Shown here: one piece after another, positions 39,201 to 49,222 of the stretch
How positions within the stretch are numbered: position 1 is the first letter of the stretch
Layout: each line of letters begins with the position of its first letter
Assembly (NCBI GenBank): GCA_030704615.1
Contig: CM060733.1
Coordinates: 64,480,001-64,544,000, forward strand
Direction of reading: 5' to 3'
DNA: 64,000 bases
Source of the DNA: Takakia lepidozioides
Taxonomy: Eukaryota; Plantae; Bryophyta
Notes under the pieces: generated by a model
Told to the model about the DNA's origin: nothing
The model's database searches: none
What the model saw: the letters and a program-made list of their open reading frames with translations, nothing else
Program-made: the position numbers and the translations under genes

Positions 39201-39956
39201 GACAGGCATGTGTTCGCCTTCGAGCCAGATACTGCCCTCCACAACTCGGAACTTGCAGCGGCTGAACGTCTGCCGAAAGAGGAAGAGGCATCCTCGGAGG
39301 ATGAGGAAAAATCCGAGAAGGAGCAGGGAGGAAGTTGGGATCGAGGCCGAGGAGCCCCCGGTTTACGAGTGAGTGGTGGCATTGTAAGTTGCCTCCAGAT
39401 TTTGTGAGGCACCTCCCTCCGCTCTCTTATTTCATTGAAAACCCTTTCTGGTTGTGCTGGTATTGACATTCTTGAAGTGGATTTGTTCTTACTGTAGGAT
39501 GCCAAGTACTGCCGGAGGGACGTCTACACCGGAGTTCATGGGCAGGAGGAACGTGCCTTTTTTTGCCAGGGGGATTTCATGCCTAGTCCAGAAAGGGAGT
39601 ACATCCTTCCTACTTATGCTGCCCGGCTTGCTTCGGTGTCCATTAGGAGGTGTTCCGAACGTAGTCGTGTACAGCAGATTTTAGACGAGGCAAGCCTCAA
39701 GAAAATGAAGATGAGGGAGGAGGCAGCAGCTATTAGAGCCCGTCGGGCTCGTAGATTTGTGTTGGATTCTGCTGAGGAAAGTGGGGGAGAAGACGCAGAA
39801 GATTCCCAGGAGGTGAGGTGGACAGTCCCCCAAGGAGAGGACGGGATTTTTGAGAGGCATAGTGGAACTGATGCATCACAGAGCTCGGAGGATGAGGGGG
39901 ATGAGGGGGATGAGGAAGAAGGTGGGGCAAGTTCCTCGGAGGGTGTAGGAGAGTAG
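33274..39956 (+). CDS. Multi-exon cargo gene: basic/low-complexity N-terminus, ParB/Srx-like domain, beta-class N6A/N4C DNA methyltransferase fold, acidic tail (several frameshifts as assembled)
   Basis: VRIPLCRL..VRP..MFYVWDGNHRLLAW (DGNHR 35063-35077); CDMILLDIPDG (DIPDG 38475-38489); RSPAFIQTLMETCSDVQGRILDLTCGTG joined across intron 39086-39171 to ASMWAGTLSDRHVFAFEPD; GT-AG introns at ~35219-35336, 36124-36220, 36437-37610, 38733-38820. Confidence 0.8.
36505..37587. repeat. Intronic tandem array, ~93-bp unit (alternating two-unit pattern), about 11-12 copies
   Basis: GGCTGGCCC recurs at 36560, 36652, 36746, 36839, 36934; each unit has CTGGAAATTCGGCGCC..TTCCAG and AGGGACTTAGCC-N7-GGCTAAGTCCCT. 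Confidence 0.92.
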
Positions 39957-40184
39957 TGCCCATTCCGGCTATGACAGTTAGAACACACTTGTATAGACGT
40001 GGCTTGCCACAAATTTTGCAATAAAATGTTGCATTTCAAGTCCACTGGTGCCACATTCCAACTTCACATGACCCTATTTCCGTGCCTCCTAACCCTATTT
40101 CCGGACTCACAATGGTCTGCTCATGCTTTTTTTTTTTCCGCTCATGCTCATGCCACTCATGAAATAGGAGCCCCCAATCGAATT

Positions 40185-43100
40185 GCCCAAGAGACAGGAA
40201 ACACAAACCTGAACAGCAAGGTGACATAATGTGAAGCCGAAGGGCGAAACAGTCATGACTTTGATGATTCTATGCCAGTAATCCATTGAGAATTGGAAGC
40301 ACAGAACTAACTGATGTACTGATAGATGTTCTGGAGTAAATATCATGACAGACCAATTAAGGAAGAAGCTTGGTCTAAGTAACATGAAACCAGCCCCATT
40401 TACAGTACAATGGCAGATCAAAGAAGTGTACAGCCATTGGGATTAATAAGAGGAGTTAAGATACAGATACAGAAGATGATCTTATGATCACTAACTGTGT
40501 TTGAAATGGATGAAGTCATGGAGGCTTACTCCTTATTATTGGGACGTCCGTGGCTGAAACAGGCCAGGGTATTCCATGACTGGAATTCAGTTACTAACCG
40601 TGCATAATGGGATACACGAGATACAAATTACCACAAAGAATCTAGTAGATTACCTGCTACAGAAGACCTAGTCAGAAAGTATGACTGGAAAGGAGGACTG
40701 GATGAGGAGCAGGAAGCTACCCTATTTGCTGCACACCCAGAGTGGGAGCAGGTTGCAGAGATGCGGCTGGAAAGCCTAAGTTGTTTTGAGAGGTATCTGC
40801 TGTGGTGTAGTGACAGCAACACCCAACTGAAGAGGAAACCTGCATTTACCCATCACATTTCTATGAAGAAAGAGAAGGAGAAATAGAAATCCTAGAAGAA
40901 CCAGCCACTGTGAGCTTACAGGATGAAGTGGTGACTGGTTGGACAATCACAGCTGATGAGCAGGTGAGGGAAGTGAATGTGGGAACTAAAGAGGAACCGA
41001 GGATGGTGAAAAGTAGGAGCTGATTTGGAGCCGAATTCTTCGAAGAAGCTAAAAGCTTGTTCATCAAATACAGAGATGTATTTGCTTGGAGCTATGAGGA
41101 TCTAAAAGGGATACCACCTGAAGTCTGTCAGCATAAGATTGAACTGGAACCAGGGTCAGTACCAATCAAGCAGCGAGGTACAGAATGAATCCCAACTACG
41201 CACAGAAGGTTGGAGAAGAGATAAAGAAGTTGGCTGAGGCTAAGTTTATTATATACCCAATAGAGTATACAACTTGGTTGTCACCCATTGTTATAGTCCT
41301 CAAGAAGGCAAACTAAGAGTATGTGTGAACTATAAGAAGCTGAATGCTTGTACGAAGAAAGATCCTTTCCCTTTGCCATTCACAGAAGCAGTATTAGACA
41401 CTGTGGCAGGCCATGAGATGTACTCATTCATGGATGGCTTCAGTGGTTATAATCAAGTGCAAGTGGCAGAAGAAGACCAAGGAAAACAGCTTTCATCACA
41501 GACTGGGGCTTATGCATACAAAGTCATGCCCTTGGGACTTTGTAATGCACCAGCGACCTTTCAGAGAGTGATAAGTGAATCTTTTCATGAGTATCTGGAT
41601 GATTTCATGCAGGTATTCTTGGATGATTTCAGTGTGTACAGCTCTAAGAATGAGCACTTGCATAAATTGGTTATGTTTGGCCAGATGCAGGATGAGAGGT
41701 CTGGGCCTGAATCCAGAGAAGTGTACTTTCTGTGTGAACTCAGGGGTGCTTCTGGGACACATTGTGTGTAAGAAGGGACTCCTTGTGGATCCCAGAAAGA
41801 CAGAGTCCATTAAAGCCTCTCCACCACCAGTGAATGTTAAAAGTCTACGGAGATTCCTTGGGCAAACCAGTTATTACAGGAGATTTGTCAAAGGTATGCA
41901 CAAATAGCAGCACCATTGAGCAAACTACTGAAGAAAGATGCAGTGTTTTCCTGGACAGCTGAATGTCAACAGGCGTTTGAGGAACTTACACTGTCAGTAA
42001 CAACTACACCTGTGCTGATTAACCCTCACTGGCATGTAGTATTCCATGTTCACTGCGATGCATCAGGAGAAGCGTTGGGAGCGGTGTTAGCCCAGAATGT
42101 TACAGGGAATATAGATTCACCTGTGTACTATGCTAGCCGGTTGATGAACAGTGCTGAAAGGAACTATAGCACAACGGAAAGAGAAGCATTGGCAATGATC
42201 TATGCAGTGAAAGAAATTCAGGCATTACCTGTTGGGCAAGAAGTTTATGTTTATGTGGATCACCAGGCTCTGATATACCTGGTAAACAAACCTCTGATAA
42301 GCGGAAGAATAGCAAGATGGTTGATAATCTTGCACGAGTTTGAGTTCGAGGTTGTTTACAAGCCTGGGAGACTGCATCTTGTGGCGGATCATTTGTCACG
42401 ATCAACAGGAGAACCAGCCACAGGAATAGATGATCAATTACCTGATGCGAGTCTCTTTGCAGTGGAGGTGGGAAGTGCAGATGACTGGTTAGATTGGCAG
42501 TGGCCAATCAGATACTACCTTGCTCATGGTCAGTGCCCACCTAGTTATGGTAAGGAGCAGAAGAGAATCGCTATCAAATCTTTACCTTATACTATGGTAG
42601 GAAGCAGAATGTATAAGTTAGGACCTGATGGAGTACTAAAACGATGCTTGTACCACCATGAAGTAAATAAAGTTTTGGCGGAAGTTCATAAAGGAGTGGC
42701 TGGAGGTCATTTTGGAGAAGAGACTACCAGTAGAAGATACTACTCGCAGGATACTGGTGGCCTACTTTGTTCAAAGATGTACACGAGTATTGTCAGAAGT
42801 GTGATGAATGTCAGAGGCTAGGACCTTTGCAGAGATCTGGAAGGATGGCCTTGCATCCTACAATGCCTACGGAACCATTTCAGAAAATGGGGACTAGACT
42901 TTGTTGGACCAATTAACCCACCATCCAAGAATACACGAACAGGTATAATTACAGCCACTGATTATACTACAAAGTGGGTGGAAGCTAAAGCTTTGAGGGA
43001 CCACACAGCCAAGTCCTGTACGAGAACATACTTACACGATTTGGCTGTCCCTTAGAATTTATCAGTGATCAGGGAAGTCACTTCATGAATGAGACCATTG

Positions 43101-43720
43101 AGTTGTTGACTAAAGAGTTCATGATTGTGCATAGAAAGAGTACAACATATTACCCACAGGGTAATGGGCAGGCAGGGCTACCAACAAATACTATGTACTA
43201 TCTTGGCTAAGATAGTCAATGCAAACAGAACGGATTGGGATACAAAGCTGCTGACAGCTTTGTGGTCATACAGGACTTCATATAAAGTCACCACTAAATA
43301 TAACACCATTCCAATTAGTTTATGGTATGGAAGCCTTACTTCCAGTGGAATTCCTGTTACCTACCATGAGAACGGAGTGGGGAAAGAGAATGGAATTGCA
43401 AGACTCCATCAAGGTCAGGAAACATGAATTATACCATGTGGAAGAAGTACGTGCTGATGCAGCTGATAATATGACCAGAATTTAGATGAAGCGAAGGAAC
43501 AGTTTGATGAAGGCAAGTTAAAGACTTTTAAGACGGGGAATTTGGTTCTATGGTTGCAGAAGAAAGGAAAGATTCAAGCTTCTAAGCTTAAATCACCATG
43601 GAAAGGACCTTATGTCATACAAAAGATGTATGATAACAACACCGCCATGTTACAAACCATTAACAAAGAAATGCTGGGAAGAGTCAATGCCAATAAGTTG
43701 AAGGGGTACAGTGGTATCCA
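40185..43720 (+). pseudogene. pol: pol: protease, RT, RNase H, integrase; many 1-bp frameshifts
   Basis: SGVNIM..LLGRPWL; LRVCVNYKKLN..MDGFSGYNQ..MP.GLCNAPATFQR..FLDDF; HCDASG..YSTTEREALA..VDHQAL..ADHLSR; GGHFG..WGLDFVGP..DQGSHF; WKGPY. Confidence 0.95.
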
Positions 43721-43844
43721 TGACAAACCCTTGCAGCATGATTGCATGTTGAACCACAGAGCAGTCACGGGCTGCACCAGTGTTACGAACGGAGTATGGA
43801 GCTTTGTCGCTAGGCCGAGCATATATGACCAGGGCGGGCAAAAC

Positions 43845-44045
43845 AAACGTGACACAGAGCCCAAACACACACACAGCCTATCACAGCCCATCACGCACAC
43901 AGCCTATCACAGCCCAGCACGGCGCAACACACCTATCACAACCTACCACAGCGTGTCACAGCCTATCACAGCTTACCACAGTGCATCACAGCATATCACA
44001 GCGTAACACAGTATGACACAGCCTGTCACAGCTCAACACAGCCTA
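43845..44045. repeat. CACAGC-rich microsatellite-like tract after integrase
   Basis: Repeats such as TCACAGCC; same tract reversed at 51690-51815, similar tract inside both LTRs. Confidence 0.75.
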
Positions 44046-44509
44046 CTAGGGTTACACGATCCATAGAATCAGTGACAGTGGACGCATAATAACTTCAGGA
44101 AAATGGCTGACGGAAGAAAAAAACGGAAATTAGTTTAAAAATAGACACGTGGAGGTCAGGCGCGACACACAGCTGAGAAGGAAGTGCAAGAACAGGTGTC
44201 ATAAAGAAAGAGGACAAACGGCCGTCAAAAGGGATGAAAGGCGGGCCCATTAATGAATACGGAAAAAGGGAAACGGAACGAACGGCAAGTACAGAAAAGG
44301 AAATTCTGTCACATGTGTGATCCTAGTGGACTATCCAGCAGGAAAGTCCACTAAAGAAAATAAAATCTAAAATCCAGTCACAGCGGATACAGCCAATAGA
44401 AAACCAGAGAAAGGATCAAGAAATGGAGGGAATTGAGCGCAAGAGGCGGCGTCGTTCTGAGTAACGGGCGTCTCGACGGGACAGACCATCAATGCTATAG
44501 CTTGGAAAC

Positions 44510-47500
44510 TATGGAGGAACTAACAGACTATACGCTCGCAATATTTACTTACGCAGTGGCATAGACACGAAAGACAGAGCGGAGCTTTTCTCTTGAGCGA
44601 TGCTTGCAAGCCCCGCAGGCTTACAAGAAATTACCCATAGCTTTCTGCGGCAACCATACGTTTATGCTTTGTGCACTACAGGCATTCCTGCAGTTGTTAC
44701 AGCCAAAACAGCTCTGTGAGTCTAAAATGAAGAGAGTGAGAGGAATGGAGGAAATCAGGGTGAAGAGCACCACAATTCTGCAGAAACAAACGATTGCTAC
44801 CCCACAGGCGATACAGATACTGAAGGAGCTGAGATTGCAAGGATTGCAAAGCCTAGATTGGACATTACACCATAGACAGTACATGTTACAATTTTTGCAG
44901 AACTTTGAGCCAAGGACAGGAACAACAACGGTGAAGGGAGTTGAATTGAATGATTACTCCCCTATACCTCCAGCAATTGTTTCGATTGCCAGCAGGTCAG
45001 ATGCATGTGGAGGAACACAGGGCAAGACTGCAAATAGGGACTTATTCCAAGAAGGGAGTTTTTTTAAAACTCAGGGTTATGCTTGTACCAAGGCTGTGTA
45101 CCCAGGGCTAAAAGAGGTAGGCCAGGTATTGAACGTTCTGATTGCCATGAAACAGAACCAACAGTATTTGAGCAGATCCTTCACGGAGGAAATACTCAAA
45201 GGCCTGAAGGACAAGAGGTACAATGGGCGGACATAATGTACAACGCACTGGTGAGGAGATGAAAAGATTACAAGGTACTACCGCAAAGTCTCCTATCATA
45301 GTGTCTGGCCCAATCATTGCTCAAATAATCCTTGATTCTGGCATACTTGATGCGCAAGAAAGAAAGGAAATGGGAGTGTTTGAGCCAGAAACCACTGCAA
45401 TGGAAGAGCAAGGCTCTTCACACAGTGAGGGTGGACTAGCAGGGCAACCCGAGACTAAGGCAGAGACGGGGAAAGACTGTAGTGGCGGATCCACTGGCTT
45501 CACGGATTCCGCATGATATGTTTCCCAAGCTCATGTGCAGGAAGGGGCACAGCAGCACAGAAAATGCTATTACTGGAAGCAGGACCTTCAGAGAGGGAGG
45601 AGGAAGTTACTTCTGTATCACAACCATCACAGCCAGCTGATCGAATTTGTCACAAGGTCACCAAGTTGTCCATGCAGCTCAACCAGAAATAATTGATTTG
45701 GAAAGAGAAGGGTTAGATATTCCAACTACAGAACAGATAGTGGCAGAAATGGAGAAGGGGGACCTTCTCTATGAATATTCTGGTCTGGTCAAGGAGACAG
45801 AGATCCCAGAGGTGCAACAGTTGCCCAAGGGAAATCCTGAGGTGCATATAATACACACACCTGTGTCGGAGGTACCACAGGCGGAAGGTCATGATGACAC
45901 TGTAGCACACCGGTGATAGATGAAGTGGTTCAGGAAGAAAATCCGGTGGGACAATGGCCTGAATGGTTCGTGAGACATCACACTGTTGAGGATCAGGAGG
46001 AACAGCAGCAACCTCACCATGATGACCCTCAACAGGCAATGCTGATGAGTTCCATAGGCAGGACACTTAATTTGTTGGGACTTATGTCAAATCCCATGTT
46101 CCAACTACCCAATTGACATTGACCTGTTTGCAACTCAGTGAGTCGAGCCTCGAGGAGCTGATATGACAAGCTGATGTGCGTGCCAAGGGAGCGATCCAAA
46201 TTCATCCAAATGCAGCAGGACTTGGGAAATACAGAAGCGGCTTTGCAATTGGCCAAGGAACAATTGATTGAGGCAGGCCTCGCGCAAGACCAGTTGCACG
46301 AAACACATAAGCAACAGCTCTACCAAATGCAGGTGCAGCATGAAAGCAAGTTGCAAGAAGTGAATGCACTACATACGGAGTTGCAAACAGTGCATGACAG
46401 GATGGCGATACAATGTGCTACATTCACAACTATGCTTAAACAATCTACAAAAGAAATAAACAGTCAAGCGGAAAAATGTACGAAGGCAGAAGAGGAGAAT
46501 GTTGAGCAAATGAAACTCATTGTCGATATGAAGAATACAATCTGTCGCAATGAGGATGCTTTCAAGCAATACAGGCAGGTTGAAGCTGATCAAGAGAAGC
46601 ACATCGTGGAGTTGCACCAAACGATCATGGCCAATAGAAATGAAATCGCGGTCAATAACAAGGCTTGGAGGGAAGCTAATAATCTGGCTGCTGCCTATGC
46701 AAAGTTGGTTGAACCTCAGGCGAAGCGCATGGAGGCTTTACAACAGCAGTTAGAAGTGTACAAGCTAAGAGAGGAGCAAACTCTCAGGGGAACCACAAGC
46801 AACTTGGTGGATAACAGCCTTATGCAGGTCTGGTTAGCACAAGGGCCAGTAGAGGGCAAAGCACCACGAAAGCTCACCCAAAGCGAGATGAATGAGCTCA
46901 GGCTGCAGGTGCAACATTGCCACAACTACTATAGACAATGTCTATAGTAGGATAGCAGAGTTACAAGAGGATGTAGACGGACTGCAGACTCAAGTGGAGG
47001 ACCTCACTTCAAACATCGACAAAAGAGTCTATATCCCTCAGGAACAGCTAATGGCTTCTTATTTACAAGCCAGAACTTTGGCTTTTCAGTCTTCACAGGA
47101 GGTGCAGGAGATGCCAATGATACAAGAGCCAGTACCACCACCACCACAACAAGTCACTGTACCAGTAGCTGAACCTGTGGTTACTACAACCACACCACAG
47201 CCACCACAGCCTGAGGTATGGGGCAATGCTGCTTTTAACCCACCTAAAACTCTCAGCTGCAAGGGAGTACAGTAGGGCTATGATTATGCCCTTCAACCAA
47301 ATTCCCATCATGTTGGATTTGGCTTGGAAAGAATTTAGTCCTCCGCAGTCATTCGCACATTACTACCAAATCATGCGTATTTGGCTGCCAGTGGCAACTA
47401 GGACTAAAGTTCTTCCGAACAATCGACATATTGAAGATCATCACTTTGCACAATACTGGCATGAGGCAGGTACCATGTTGAGGGAATTGATTGCTTTCCA

Positions 47501-47943
47501 GGTTGTACATGGATTCATTTATACCAAGACCAAGGAGGTAGCAAGTATTGTCATGGGATGCGGGTTATACTACGCTGCTCGTTTTCTAGTACGTTATCAC
47601 ATTGAGCAACAAAAGATGCAAGCACGCTTTCTCAGTTATTCCAGTGGGTCCATTGGGTATTACCTTCGGTGCCACCTCATATGTACCTATATGACGCAAA
47701 AGTATGATGCAAAAGGATTCTCAAATTCGTTCATGGTTTCAAGCGGCCTGGAACAATTTGTCAACACAGAAATTTGGCATTGATGATATATTCTATAAGG
47801 GACATGTGGCATGGAAATACTTGCACGCTGCACCAGTAATTGGTACCCCACTCACTTGGACAGACAAGGAGCTCAGTGTCTACACCAATTTTGTTGTTCA
47901 GCGGTTACACCAAGTTGTAAATATAAACTTCCAGACATGGTAG
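44510..47943 (+). pseudogene. Large extra ORF downstream of pol (Athila ORF/'putative plant transposon protein'-like N-terminus, long coiled coil, unknown C-terminal domain)
   Basis: QFLQNFEPRTG.T.V.GV..; Q/E-rich heptad region 46174-47000; conserved with the antisense relative at 49223-51120 and 20990-22271. Confidence 0.75.
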
Positions 47944-48296
47944 GACAGCATTGTATGCCCCAGATGATTCCACAAAAGTTCGAAAATTAAAACACCTGAG
48001 GCGATGAGGATTCTGATACAACTGTTTTCTTCACCGAATTCTTTTGACATGGGAGAAGACTATGCAATTCAGATGGCGAGAAGAAGCGACGGGGGTCTCC
48101 TATGCCGGAAAGGTTACCTCGATATCAGCCTCCAGAGGGCCTCACTTATCCAAGTAGTGACCAACCATCTCCGTCAACCAGAGACAGACCTAGGGCTCGT
48201 ACACACAGTCCGCCAAGAAACTCTCAACGTCAAAAAGGTGCTCACTCACAAAGTTTTGCTAATCAAAATCAGTAAACCGTGAGGACACGGCTTTTT

Positions 48297-48310
48297 GAGG
48301 GGGGAAAAGG
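48297..48310 (+). promoter_or_regulatory. Polypurine tract
   Basis: GAGGGGGGAAAAGG just before the 3' LTR. Confidence 0.8.
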
Positions 48311-48315
48311 TAAAA

Positions 48316-49217
48316 TGTTAGAGGACTGTCTGGGACTTAGACACTTAACGGGATCTGTAGGGTACCCTTAATTTTTGCACACAGACTGAGACCAACAGGA
48401 GCCTTAGGGGTGATAGCAGCGCACTGTAGAGGGGGGTTACACAGCCCGTCACAGTCGTCACAGCCGACACAGCCCGACACAGCCGACACATCCACACAAC
48501 CAGTCACAGCCCGACACAGCTAAACACAGTCGCACAGCCAGTCACAGCCCGTCACAGTTTCACACAGCCAGTCACAGCTTGACACAGCTGTCACGATCAT
48601 AGGGAACGGAGAGCAGGACAGGGAACGACTGTGGGGAACAACACTTGCGAAGGGAACATGTTAGTTCACAGACGACGGTTAGTGAGGGAAACGGTTAGAA
48701 CCACGGGTAGGAAGATAAAGGGAGAAGCGGGGAATTTGGGGATATCATTCGGTGGAGGACTTCTTGATCATGGAGGAGAGGGGATCGGGCAGAGATTAAG
48801 AACGGAAGTGAAGATAGAGAGATGATGAGTAGATGCTTGTTATATGCAAGGCTGTAATGATATTGTAGAGCAGATTAGAGACACAATGGCTTCGGCCTGA
48901 TACCTGATAAATCATAATCGGATACTTTTACGATACAATCACACTGTGTAGAGAGATCTGAGTGAAGCTGTGGAATGAATGGATGAGTTGATGGAATCCA
49001 ATAGATTGATAAAGCAAACTGATACTTAATTATCAATGGTAAGGTAACTAACATGAATGCCAAAAGGGAAACAAATAGGAAACACCCCCATGATACACTA
49101 GCTGTAGGTCATGACTGATTGTTCTGCGCGGGCTGAGTACTTAGAGATTTCCAACTCTTCTATCTTGAGTTTCCGCCTCGAATAGCGAAGGGATGGGTGA
49201 GTAAATGCCGCGCGACA
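48316..49217 (+). repeat. 3' LTR
   Basis: Matches 22277-23234; shorter through fewer CACAGCC units. Confidence 0.95.
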
Positions 49218-49222
49218 TACCT

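Larger units (their letters stand above)
26257..40175. mobile_element. Complete ~13.9-kb Mutator-like element (subfamily C) with transposase and ParB-methyltransferase cargo gene
   Basis: Ends GAGGTTTGCTATTTCATGAG / CTCATGAAATAGGAGCCCCC; 9-bp TSD AATCGAATT at 26248-26256 and 40176-40184; removing it rejoins the retroelement frame (..QAINRIAQET..). Confidence 0.95.
22277..49217 (+). mobile_element. Full-length Ty3/Gypsy LTR retrotransposon (non-chromovirus, Athila/Tat/Ogre-like) carrying a nested MULE
   Basis: TG..CA LTRs, 5-bp TSD TACCT (22272-22276 / 49218-49222), PBS, PPT, order gag-PR-RT-RH-INT, no chromodomain seen. Confidence 0.95.

Noticed and set aside
33274-39956. Bacterial or phage contamination as the source of the ParB-MTase gene
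   Set aside because: GT-AG introns at shared positions in two copies, one splitting motif I, and nesting inside a Gypsy element with perfect TSDs
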